From Hemiscyllium ocellatum (lineage: Eukaryota), in contig NC_083417.1 of the NCBI RefSeq assembly GCF_020745735.1, positions 63,612,001 through 63,676,000 on the forward strand: a stretch of DNA of 64,000 nt. The letters run 5' to 3'. The notes under the pieces were generated by a model, which ran no database searches, was not told the origin of the DNA, and worked only from the letters and a program-made list of their open reading frames with translations. Position numbers and translations under genes: made by a program. This document shows, piece by piece, positions 40,386-52,300 of this stretch. Numbering within the stretch: the first letter of the stretch is position 1; every line of letters starts with the position of its first letter.

Positions 40386-40515
40386 AGAAGAAGAAGGAGA
40401 AGGAGGAGGAGATGAAGATGAGGAAGACGATGATGAAGAAAAAGATGAAAGGAAGAAGAAGAAGAAGGAGAAGGAGAAGGAAGAGTAGAAGGAAGGAGGA
40501 AGAGGAGGAGGGAAG
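40386..40515 (+). repeat. Purine-rich (GAA/GAG/GAT)n low-complexity tract
   Basis: Directly visible next to the gap; explains the poly-R/E/S ORFs at 40382-40669. Confidence 0.9.
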
Positions 40516-40659
40516 AGAAAACTATCCCTTGCAGTATCAACATTGGACTATTAATGTTATCAAACAATGTCAGATGGTAGAATATGACTTCAAACATATC
40601 ACGAATTTAGCATTTACTGAAGGCCATGAATTCATTGCCAATTGTTTGAAACACCATCT

Positions 40660-41560
40660 GGCCGATTAGTGTCCTTCAGGGAAGGAAATCTGCCATCTTC
40701 ACCTGATCTGGCTGGTACGTGACTCCAGGTTCAGGCCAACATGGTTGACTTTCAACTGCCTCTGAAATGACCTATCATAACACTCAGTCGTATCAATTTT
40801 TATGAATTCTCAACAAAGAAATGAAACCACATGAGTAACCTGGCATCAACCTCAGCACAAGAAAAGACAAAGCAGTAAAATTAAACCCTGTTGAGCTTGC
40901 AACAAATTTTATCATAACATCTGGGTCTAGTGCCAAAATTTCGAACACTGACTCACAAATTATTCAAGCTATCACAATTTCTGGATATGTCCTTTTACAG
41001 AGGCAGAACCAACCAGCAGAGATAGTGACAGAGTGATATACAGATGGGAGGGATTTGCACTCTGAGTCCTTAATATTGATGCTGGATCCTATGAAGTGCA
41101 TGGCTTCGGGTCAGACATGGGTCAGGAAACCCCCTCTTCATTAGCACATACCATTCTGCCTCGGTTCATGAATGAGATCTCCGCCTTATTGAACTGAGGA
41201 AGCACTGAGGAACACAATGGCACAAAAGTTACACAAAGTCGGGAATTCCAATATCCACCCCTAATTGTGGCTTGGCAGCTGCATTACACGTCCAGCTGTT
41301 GGCTCTTAAGTGGCATAGCTGCCAGACTGGACCTGAGGCAAGTGGTAAGGGAACCAACAAAAGGAAAGAAAAAGCATACTTGATCAGATCCTTGCCCATC
41401 GCCAACTGCGGATGCATCATCCCACAACGGTATCCATCTGATTGACTACCACACATTCCTTGTGGAGACGAAGCCCACCTGCATATTGTGAATAGGCTCC
41501 ATCATGTTGTGTGGCATTATCAATGTGCAAAATGGAATAAACATCATATAGATCTAGCAA
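40660..41560 (+). mobile_element. Decayed non-LTR retrotransposon fragment (L2/CR1-like, 5'/endonuclease region)
   Basis: AACATCTGGGTCTAGTGCCAAAATT and endonuclease-like segments; related pieces at 47700-48260 and 55200-55830. Family assignment is tentative. Confidence 0.45.
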
Positions 41561-42561
41561 CTCAGGACTGACTTTCTCACAAGGCTCCTTCTAATTGAAC
41601 GTTTGCAAGCCAATGTTGTCTTTGAGATTCCGTCCTAGCAATCTGAGAATGCAGAACTTTTTTTTCTACATGCAGGAGTACAGAACCTACCCCGCAGACG
41701 TCCTGCCGATTTTTGTGCTGCTTTTGCAATGCCAGACTGCAGCCTGACTGCGAGCCCAAAGTGAAAGTGCAATGTGAGTATCTGGGGTACCGAAGCCAAT
41801 GCTTTCAGTCTGTCTCAAGACTGATTTCCATTGTCGACAACACAACCTGATATTCAGCAAAACTGTCTACGTTTAACTTTGTAACATAGCTGTCTAGCGT
41901 TTACTGTTCGAATGCCCTTGCGGCGAATTTTTTATTCTGTGCCTTCTGTTAATCTGAGGGTAGGTGACGGTCTGTTGATGACTTCCTTTCCTCTCCACGA
42001 GTCATCTCACCCATCAACCGGGTGTCTTCTGACTTACATGTGTTCCCTGTTCAGCAACGTCTTGAAATTAAACTCTTCATTAATTTTTCCGCGTTTTGAC
42101 TTATACTATTGCAGTCTCTTTGATCTCTTCCATCTTCAGAATTGTCGAAGTTTTCTGATCTCCTCACATCTTGGCTTCTTGAACATCCTAACCGGTGACG
42201 CTGCCATTTGCGCCCGTGCCTTCAATTGACAAAAGTCTCAGTTGGCTAATTTCCTCCCTAAATCTCAACATGTCTTTATTTCATTTTCTCCCTTTAAGAT
42301 ACTCCTTGAAAGTGACTGATTTTGGTGAACTTGGATCACCCATGATGCTTCCTTTATGTTTAGGTGTCAAAAATTGCTGTATAACGTCCTGAAGAAGCGG
42401 CATAAAGAAAAACAGGTGTTATGAAAGATTTGCTTGGAATACAGGGATTACGTTTGACGTCCTGTTGGTTTTTTGCTGGTATTGCAGTATATTTTCAAGG
42501 GCTATCCAAAAGCAAAACTTTGCAATCCAAAGCTACTTCTTAAATAACAGGCGCAGGATGT

Positions 42562-42650
42562 TAACGTCATTGCGGCGAGTTTTATGTTAAATAATCAGCA
42601 AGCCCCTTTGACAAAGACAAACACGGTCACTGCAGACAGACATCCGTTGA
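42562..42650 (+). promoter_or_regulatory. Gene C proximal promoter candidate: CRE/ATF-like site with adjacent RUNX-like site
   Basis: TAACGTCA (TGACGTTA on minus) at 42562-42569, TGCGGC at 42571-42576, CTGCAGACAGACATCC near 42630, within ~100 nt of the ATG. Confidence 0.35.
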
Positions 42651-42664
42651 AACTTTAGGCCGGA

Positions 42665-42725
42665 ATGATGTCGAATGCCAAGTTTCTTTTAATTCTCCTG
42701 GCGCTCCTGGACCTCACTACCGCAG
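42665..42725 (+). CDS. Gene C exon 1: signal peptide MMSNAKFLLILLALLDLTTA
   Basis: 61 nt, CAG|GTATCT donor, phase 1, classic hydrophobic leader. Confidence 0.88.
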
Positions 42726-42899
42726 GTATCTGTTCCATTAAACACAAAATGGTTTTCCATTACTGCATCAGTTGAATCAATTGTCACTCTTCGATTTGTT
42801 CTCTTATTTCTTTCATAATTACATGTTGAATTATGGTGTTAGGTGTCTGGTTTTGCCTAGTTTGCAATTAACTAAAATGTGCTCTTATGTTACTTCCAG

Positions 42900-43220
42900 A
42901 TGCATCAGATTCCTCTGTGAGCATACGTCAATTTCCCCCAAAGGCAGTTATATCAAAGGGTTCCGACATCACTCTCTACTGCATTTTGCCCCTTTCTCAT
43001 GATAATTCAGGGTTCGAGGTACGTTGGTGGAAACGGGGTGAGAATAAATTTCTCCAACCAGGAGTAGATAAAAGGAAACATATTGGTGTCAAGTCTAAAG
43101 GATCTGCTAAACTGGATCTGCGAAACGCGATGCTCCAGGACTCAGGAATCTACCACTGCACAGTAATCCGACAGGGAGCATTTTATGGGAATGGAACAGG
43201 AACTAATCTAACTGTCTGCA
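42900..43220 (+). CDS. Gene C exon 2: germline-joined VJ-type Ig V domain
   Basis: TACTTCCAG acceptor, A|GTAAGT donor, 321 nt (same as gene B). ITLYC..VRWWK..LDLRNAMLQDSGIYHCTVIRQG..GNGTGTNLTV. Confidence 0.93.
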
Positions 43221-43947
43221 GTAAGTGATGGGGTAATGGGAATATCCCAAACGCCTTGTTGCCATAGATTTATTGTGCGGCCTTTCACTCTACAAATTAG
43301 GTTTCATTGTTTACTTACAATGTTTACTTCAGATTTCTTATTTCGAGACCACCCCGCTTACATTAAAACATTGTACAAAACTGGATAATTAAATGGCAAA
43401 GTTTGATGTTTCATTTACTTTGCTATATAAATCGCCATGATATTAACGCAAGTGAGATACGGGTTCTAAATGCAGACTCTGGAAAACAGAATTGGAATCC
43501 GAAATTCAGAAAATTAGAGGGCATTTGAACAGACTTCGTTTCAGATGCATGACCTTGTGAAGCCGAATGCTAACGGATAGGTCTAAACGTTAGCGTTCGC
43601 TTCAGATTTCTTATCTCAAGACCACCCTAAGCCCGCGGTGATTCAAGGAGACAAAAGTTTTGCTTGTCTGTCCTGGCGACAGCTTCAGATTTTTCGATGA
43701 CCTAATTGAGTCATCTTCTTTTCTTCTTAGTATCTAATGTATTGATTCTCCAACTGTGCTGGCTTCATGATATCGACTACGATTCTCCTGTCTTTGTAAT
43801 TATTAGGCTGATTGATTATTCTCTCCTTAGGACCGCAGTAAAACAGTAATGTATTATCAATCAGGCATCAAGTGAGAATGCCATTCTTGTCTTTTTAATC
43901 TCAACATTTATCCAGCGACCTGATTTTTCCATTTTTTTTATTTGCAG

Positions 43948-44253
43948 TTTCTCCAGCTCCAATAAAGATTTACACAAAGCCACGCAAGGACAATTCATCG
44001 AAGTCTCTGACTCTTGTGTGTCAGACGAGTGCGTTCCATCCAGGCGATTTTACCCTCGTTTGGTATAAAAATGGCATCGCAATTGCACCGGAGATAATTA
44101 AAAAACAGAACGCTGAAGGACTATATGAAGCTTTCAGTTCTTTGGAAGAGGCGCAGCCTGAGCGGACTGAAGTTGTCTACATCTGTTTGGTAATACACAT
44201 CTCTCTCCGGACTCCCACCATTGCTATCCACACTGTGACAAATACCTACTCAG
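43948..44253 (+). CDS. Gene C exon 3: C1-set domain
   Basis: TTTGCAG acceptor, CAG|GTATGA donor, 306 nt, phase 1-1. LVCQTSAFHPGDFTLVWYKNG...GLYEAFSSL...YICLVIHISL. Confidence 0.92.
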
Positions 44254-46499
44254 GTATGAGGCCAACAGACCTAAAAGTCAGCTCAACAATTTGTAAAATT
44301 TAGGAAAGAGTTGCAATTACAGTTTGTTGACATTAATAGTGATTTTAAAAAATGTTTCGAAATTGAACTATTGGAAATCCTAAAATCAACGTTTAGTTGT
44401 AATGTTTCCATGTAAAATTTTATTGCCCAATCTCATTGTCAAAACAAATTGATATCAGAATCATTCAACAGTCCATGAGCGCTCAGGTCCAGGCAATTTC
44501 TATTTTACTTCCAATTACTGGTCTAATTCATATTTAACATTTACATCACAAATTTCTTAACTGACCATATACATGCTATTTTAATGCTTCTAAGAGAAGC
44601 TACCAAATATATTATTTGTTGTCTGCACTCTCATTATGTCAGAAGGTAGTCTTGTGGGCAAGATGTAATGCAATTTTTTCTTGGGAGGGATAAAGAAACA
44701 CATGAGAGGGAATATTAAACGGATAAGGGCTGATCCGTGATTCACTACAATCATGAATGATCATCCAAACAAGTGCTTTTGCCCACACGTTTGTTATATC
44801 CCTTCATATCTTTGCCGTTTAGAAACTTTTCAACCTTTATTTACACATGCTCATATATATGCTCCCACAGTCTGGGGTAGGCAATGCCACAGACGCAAAT
44901 CATTCTAAAAAAAGAATTTCTTATCTCGGTACTAGATGACTTTACCCGTGCCCCTTGGTTCTCCAATCCCCAACTATGGGAAAATCTTTTTGTTATTCAC
45001 CATTTTCTTTTCCTTAAGTGATTGGTAGTTTTCAATGAGATCGCCATTATTTTGTGAAACGTTGGAGAGTACAGGCTCATTTTTCTCAATCTCTCTCCAC
45101 AGAACAATTCTGCCAACCCAGGAACAAGTCCTTTGTTGCACTCACTCCATTGCAGTAATATCCTTCGTACGATCAGGGGATCAAAGACACGCACATCACT
45201 CCAGGCGTGATCTAACCATGGTTCTGTAATATTGAAGCAAACCTTTGCTACTCCTGTACTCCAGTCCTCTTGTGGTATTGACTAACATTCATTTTTCTGG
45301 CTAAGTGTTTATTGTTCACCCGTACTAGCATTAAGTAATTTATTGTTGAAGTCAGACAGATCAGATTGAAATCTTCAGTGTACTACATAATATAGCATGA
45401 TCTCTTGTCATTTAAGAAGTACTCTGTACAACTGTTCCTCTTACTAAGTGAACACATGTTTCCATATCATCTTCTATCTCTACTCACCACCTCTGTCCAC
45501 TATGCTTGAAATTGCTTTGCATGGTCCTCACAGCACACATTCAAGTTTCGCTGGCATTTTAATTTATTTTTGTACTTTCGGTAGGTGTATCAGAATATAT
45601 CTGAAATTTCTGAATACTTCTTCAATGGATGCCATCATTCCAAACCTTCTTTGCCAATGCTTCAACCCACCAAATTTCAGTAGTTTGAATTTAATACCTC
45701 GTCTCAAATACATCACTTTCAAACATTATATAGACACACATATATAGAAAACTACAGTCACTCATCTCTCAAGATAATTTTACAGCAGGGTTATGCATCA
45801 GGCCTTTTCTACATAACACGAGATGCAAAATATCGGGGTCCCCAGATGTTTCTCAATACTGCTCTCCAGAAGACCATGCAAACCACATTCACAACCTTAG
45901 TGATGATTAAGTTTTCCAGTCTGTCCATAGATTGAAGTCACCAATGTGCAGACCTTTGGGGCTGGAAGGCATTTTGTGCCACTAATTTCACTTGCAACCC
46001 AGACCTGTGACACACGTAGCCGCAATCCATTCGTTCATTCTGAACCATTGTTTTTTCTGGGATTAACAAACAATAGTGTGGTAAGGTCCAAGTCTCTGAG
46101 AAGTATGTCTTGATTAGCTCATTGTACTTCACAATATTGAGATTTCATGTCAGTCGAATGAATACAATCCATATTTTTCTTAGCAAGAGCGAAACTAATA
46201 TCAATTCATTATCATTACTTCTTCTCACCATTATCTCTCAAGCCATTGATTAGACCACTGGAAAAGGGAAATTTCCCTTGCATATTGTTCTGGTCTCATG
46301 TCATTCTTTGCAGGATGTAGTTAGTTCGGACACTAGATCTATAAAGTTATTTTTTTAAAATAAAAATGTTAATCTGAGGATATTGGCATAGCTGCATACA
46401 TACGAGCAGTAGTTGAACCAGCAAATTATCTCGAGATTTCTTTTTAGGCAACGACAGATATAAATAACAAATTAAACTCTAATCCTGTTGATCTTGCAG

Positions 46500-46608
46500 A
46501 AAAATGATAAATACCAGTTTATCTGGATGTCTGGCTATGTGATGGGTGGACTGGCAATTCTGTTATTCATCATCATTGTTGGGTTCAAACTCTGTTCAAA
46601 AAATAACG
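46500..46608 (+). CDS. Gene C exon 4: transmembrane exon, neutral TM, out of frame by 1 nt with the canonical C1 donor
   Basis: ATCTTGCAG acceptor (same as gene B TM), G|GTAGGC donor, 109 nt. TM frame KNDKYQFIWMSGYVMGGLAILLFIIIVGFKLCSKNN starts in phase 0; A5 run at 46500-46504. Confidence 0.8.
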
Positions 46609-47699
46609 GTAGGCATGACCTTAATCCTTTGATAATTATATAAATCATCAGAGAGGTCGGAAGAGTGTCTTAAGGGTTTTAATTGGGAATGGCGATTGGA
46701 TGATATGCAAAGGAAACCGTTTACTGGAGCTTGGGACTAAATTTAGAATTCATAATGGACGGATCGTCACAAAATTAATATGTAAAATATGGTTATTGTA
46801 AAATCTGGAAATTTCCACATTCTAAGTATGGGAATCTCAATTTGATATGTTCTTTCAGTTTGAGGCCTTGTGTCTAGTTCGTCACCTTCTGTTATGTTCT
46901 TCCAACGAATCGTGGATTCAGATTTCCGATGGAATTCCGAATCTGTAAGCTCCCTAACGAACTGCACTTGAGATTGCCATATGCTCATCCGGAATTGCGA
47001 AATGTGGTCTTAAATACAAAATCCAAATGTTTATTTGAAGATCTGAGGAAGCTGCGAGTCAGGAAGACATTGTTATCCTTGTGAGAACGATTTGCCTGAC
47101 GTCATTAGCGTCATTTTGGCATCCTTTTAATCTATTGGTTCTTTACAGTTATAGACTTGGAACCAGGAGGTTACAGTATTGCAGTGCTCATGCTACTGGA
47201 CGAATAATCCAAAGTTCTAGACAAATGATTCATTGTAGATTGGGAAGACTGTTATTCCACTGAAAACATAGATAAACTTCTGGCCTCAGTAAGAGATTAT
47301 TAATTTTAGGGGTTGTCACAAAACTCAAAGTAACAGATCAGCTCAACTGTTTAGCAGATACTGAACTATATGTAACGCCAGTCACAAGTAACCTTTGTTA
47401 ATGGGCCTTCAAAATGGTGATGCAGGCCGTGTGGCTGTGTTCAGAAAAGTGTAACTAAAGATCGACAGTAAGTATCTTTGCCAGTGCTCTCCCTGTCTTG
47501 AGAATGAATTATGCAATAATTTTACCTACCATTCTTTCCATGTGCTTACTATTTTTATCAAGTCCACAAAACATGGCATAGTCCTCTCCTTTGCATACGA
47601 AAGATCTTATATACAGTGTGTGCCCACGTAGCTCATTGCCTTAGCAATTGAAAACCAGTTTTATTTGGTTATTCATTAATTGTGTGCGATGTAGGCATC

Positions 47700-48260
47700 T
47701 CTGGCTGACCAACATTTATTGCGTGTCCCTAGATGGCCTTGCTGTGGGCTGACCCATAATGCCATTAGGGAGGGGATTCATTAGGGAGGACCCAGCAACA
47801 GTGAATGAATGCCGATATATTTCCAAGTCAAGGTGGTGAGTGGCTTGGAGAGGATCTTGCAGGAGTTGGTGTTCCCACGTATCAGTTACCCTTATCCTTC
47901 CAGATGGATGTGGGCATGGGTTTGGAAGGTGCTGTCTAAAGATGTTTGGTGAATTTCTGCAGTGTATATTGTAGATGGTACGCACTGCTGCTATGAGCAT
48001 AGGAGGTGCAGGCAGTGGATGCTTGTGGATACAATGCCAATCAAGCGGGCCACTTTCTTCTGGGTTTTGTCAAGCTTCTCGAGTGTTGTTGGGGCTGCAT
48101 TCATCTGACTAGTGGGGAGAATATCATCGCATTCCTGATTTATGCCTTGTCGATGAGGCTGACGTCGGGAGTCAGTAGGTGAGTTAGTAATCGCTGTATT
48201 CCTAGCCTCTGACCTGCTCTTTTAGCCACTGTATTTATGTGATGAGTTCAGTTGAGCGTT
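47700..48260 (-). mobile_element. 3' fragment of an L2/CR1-like LINE inside a gene C intron
   Basis: GACCCAGCAACAGTGAATGAATGCCGATATATTTCCAAGTCAAGGTGGTGAGTGGC also occurs near 54560 and 55390. Confidence 0.55.
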
Positions 48261-48663
48261 CGTTAGACCAAAGTTTGCACTTCATTAGTGACCAAAATTG
48301 GTCAGAGCATTCAATGGTCTGAACTGAACGACGAGCATTTTCTATATTTTGTTTGCTTCCTCATATCTTATATGATATTGCACTACATCTGAGTTTTACA
48401 TCTTGTAGTTTACCCATTGCTGGCCTGCATTAAATAACCATATTTCTAGCATGGTCTACTAAATGCTAGATAACTTACAAATTCTAAATTTTCAATCTGT
48501 TTCAATGGAGTGCATGGAATCAGTTTTACTCATATTAAATGGAGCTCCCAGCTCGCTATATATTTCATGTATATAATCATGTAAAAGTCTACCTTCGCAG
48601 GAAATACGTCTGAATGCATAAACTGTAATCAGTGAACCTAATTCAATTGCACTATTTTGCCAG

Positions 48664-48707
48664 GTAAAGAAGAAAATGTAACAACTGTGAATTCTTATGA
48701 TGAGCAG
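48664..48707 (+). CDS. Gene C exon 5: cytoplasmic exon GKEENVTTVNSYDEQ
   Basis: ATTTTGCCAG acceptor, CAG|GTAAGC donor, 44 nt, phase 1-0; same size and phase as gene D exon 5. Confidence 0.8.
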
Positions 48708-49218
48708 GTAAGCTCATGTTATATGTCCCAAGAAATGTATTCCAATTTATATATACCTTGTTAAAATGGAAATGTTTCATCACAAGCTCTTTCACAACAA
48801 GTACTTGCTTATCGTTGATATGATGTTCAAAGAATTTGAAATTTGATTAAGATAGCTGAGTGATGAGGAAATGATTGGAAACTTTAACATTGTGAAGCTC
48901 TGCAATAAGGAGACTAACCCTGGCCAAGGGTTAATTTTGCAGCATTTGGTAAATGACTAAAACACTGAAACTGTCTCTCGTTTAAAAATATCTATGACAC
49001 TATTGTGGTGAAAATCTACAAATGAAATATCAGTTACAATAGGCACCGTATTACTGTTCGCATCATCAACAGACGTTTAGATATACAGTATTAACCGTTG
49101 CTTCTGCATCAGTTGATAGCCCAGGAACTTTTATGTTGACTGTCTAAGCATCAGTCTCTAACTGTTAAAATCAATAAACTAACCAGCTGACAAACCGCCT
49201 CCTTCTTGTCTCATGCAG

Positions 49219-49341
49219 CCAGTTGCGACCCAAAACGTGATTTGTACTGCAGTAGAATTGAAAAACACCAATAAAACTTCAAGAGGTCGAGATGACCAAG
49301 AGGCGACAGCGTACGCACAAGTGAGGCTCAGAAGGTCATAA
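49219..49341 (+). CDS. Gene C exon 6: terminal cytoplasmic exon with degenerate ITIM (VICTAV) and ITSM (TAYAQV)
   Basis: CCTTCTTGTCTCATGCAG acceptor, phase 0. PVATQNVICTAVELKNTNKTSRGRDDQEATAYAQVRLRRS-TAA. Confidence 0.82.
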   Translation, partial: PVATQNVICTAVELKNTNKTSRGRDDQEATAYAQVRLRRS

Positions 49342-52300
49342 AGGAAATGTTGATGCCCCGTGAAAATCAATGAATCAACAATATTTTCAAACGTCGGTTG
49401 TTCATGTAAAGCAGGGGACTGGCCGAATAAGGTAACAAGTTTGACTCCAGAATTCTCTGGATTTGAGAAATCCGAACAAACTACAGAGAGAAAAAAAACT
49501 AAGGAAGCATAGAATTTATCGAGAAAATCCAAAGCAATCAAGACAGTTTACAGAGAATCACCAGCTGAAGGGCGCTGCAATTTTGAGCGCACTAAACCGT
49601 TATTCTTGTTTCACAAACAGTGACGTGTTTCATATTGTTCCATTTGCGATGGAAATTCCATTTGACGTGCTATGAGAGAGCCCGGGATCCGCACTGACAG
49701 TTTAGCTCTTTTAAAATGAAGGCATAAATTGTCCCCCTGCGTGTATCCAATTATTGAGATGTAGGATATTTGACCGCTGTAGAAGGTAAAACAGCCATTG
49801 TGGTTTTTAATTATTTTGTAATTATTAGTCAGCTATACACATACAATAAAAATTGCTTTCAAGATAAATCTGCATTGAAATATATTTACAAGGTCGTACC
49901 ATTATATACTTACTGTCATGCGTCTACATTTTATCATGCACACGAATAGATTCCTTCCTTCTAGTTCCAAATCGACCTTAATGCAATGTGCATTTTCTTT
50001 CAGAGAAAAGAACAGAAAATTGTATTTGAACTTCACAAGTTATGTCAGAACGTCCGATTTTCATTCAGGGCGATCGTCCTGGTTTAGAAATAAAGCATTT
50101 CCCTCCATAATCTGAGTGAAGCTCACTTCTCAATGACACGTACACAGCTGAGCTCTGGGTTGGCTTTCCATTTCATTTGGAAACTTATTGCTACTCTTTG
50201 CGTATTCGAGTATAATCTTGTAGCTTCCATAATACACAACAGGCCGTTAACTTCAACTAAGAGAAGGGTTCTGAAAGAAATAATGAGAAGTTATTCGGGG
50301 TATTATAAATTAATGAATGAAAAAACATGCTAAACTAATTACATCCTCGTTGTAGAAAATAAAACACATCAAATTGTTACTTTAATGTTTCAGGGTTTGT
50401 CAATTAATGCATGTAGGTTTTTGCTGTGAATCATTTCTTCTATTACTGAGTCTGGTGCCAGAAATGCTATAAATCAGAGTTCAAAATATTGAGTTGAGTC
50501 TAAGTTGGGAGTAACTTGACTAATTTATTTGACCAGGCATTACTGCAGATAGTGAGGGGAGGAAATTAGCCAACCAGGCCAGAAGATTAAATATATTTAG
50601 GGCCTGATTTTTAACTTTCTGTGGATGGACTCGAATTTGGGGAGAATATTTTTTGCGTTTTACAGTGAATACTATTACAGAATAATGCATGCACGCAGAA
50701 AGGTAATTTCAACAGTCAGCAATTGAAACTGAACACTTAAGTTTTTCACTTTTACCTTTTATACACCTTTGATTGACCGTTAATCCCGCAATGAATGTGT
50801 TCATCTGCAGGATTTCACATTCGTCATATTCCACTTTTCAGTAGATGATAGATTCACACTTATGGAAATTCCTGAATCCTCGTATACCAATGACTTATAT
50901 AGCTTGTGCGTAAAAGCACTAGAGAATCAGGCAGCTGTGACATCAATTATTTCCATGTCAAAACTCCTACATTTATCATTGTGCTTTGTTTCTATGCCTC
51001 AGCCTTATTATTTTGTGATCCATTGTAGCGAATATATCCGTTCGAAATTCCATGCAATTACATCTGGGAATTCTTGCTTTGTCGCTTCCCTCTGCTACTG
51101 TTTCAAGTAATATCTAGTTTCAGTGAAGAGAAATCAAGGGCACTGTACTTAAAAAAATAAGTCTGCTGGTTGCTCTTGATAAACTTGTGCTTGTAGAAGT
51201 GTTTGGAAATTTTTATCGAACTTGTGGGCGGGCCCATCAAATATAAATAAACAATTTTGTCACTACATATTTAAAAATAACTGTTGCCACATTCGTTCAA
51301 CATTCTTTTGAAAACTAGGTGGCAGGTTCTTGAGAAGTGGAAAAAATAATGAGTAAACAGCTAATTAAAGTTTCCGTCTTCTTTTGTTCCATAATAAGCA
51401 TTGCAAAATGTGAAGGCACGTTTGTGGGTTGTCGAGGCTAAGTCAAGAATATGACTTGATAACTCATTTCAGGTGAGCCAGTGCCAACTTTAACTTACAT
51501 GCTAATTGCAACACTCTGAAAATATAATGTTTGCAAAGCGATGGCTATTCCAACTCACAGTTCAATGCAAACGTAGACGCAGATGTTTATTTTAAACAGC
51601 AATTACGCTCGATATTTTCCATTATAAATGTCCCAAAACACATTATCAGATTGCAGTTGTAACCTGGTCACTTTAAAACGGGCTTAAATGATTCCAATCT
51701 TTTCACCGTTCAATGTCACATGACATGTAGATTTTTCTTTTGCTAACTGCGTGACGAGGTCGAGAATAAACTGGACTCTTAAGTCCATTATTTTTAGACG
51801 TGAAATGCAGGGCGGTAGATCCAGGGAAGTGTATCGAACTGAAAATATTATCTGAATTGATAGATGAAAGTTTCAGGAACTCTATTAGCGTATATCGATG
51901 ACTGCACATTTTCAGAATGCTCACCTTACACAATGGAAGTATGGAGGCACTAAGACTGCATCCTGGGGAACTGTAAGACAATTGGACATACAACTGCGTT
52001 TCAGAGGTGTGCTAGCAACAGAAAATTCTCTCTTGTTTAATTAAGCAGAAACAAAGCTGCATATTTATTTGTATTGAAACTGTAGGCAATTAGGCACGAG
52101 ACTATGTATGTGATATTAATGGATTTTCAAGCAAATAAGCAGTCGTTACTAATTTTGCAAGGTTAATTTATTAGTTTCCCAAACAATTGATACATGTCCT
52201 GATGACCATCTGAATAATCTATTTCTCCATGACCTATTTATCCTCAGAGATTTTAGTTAAAGAACATTAATGAACCTGATGATTTTTCCCAACAATTAAC

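Noticed and set aside
40382-40669. Poly-Arg/Glu and poly-Ser/Leu ORFs
   Set aside because: Products of the (GAR)n simple repeat beside the gap.
49451-49675. Alternative phase-0 acceptor (GACTCCAG) opening a 74-codon frame after gene C exon 5
   Set aside because: Weak pyrimidine tract and no signalling motif. The upstream 49219 exon has a better acceptor and an ITSM, so this is probably 3' UTR.
50842-51110. Acceptor-like site followed by SSYTNDLYSL
   Set aside because: Wrong phase for the gene C exon 5 donor, downstream of the gene C stop, and the tyrosines do not form a canonical ITIM or ITAM.
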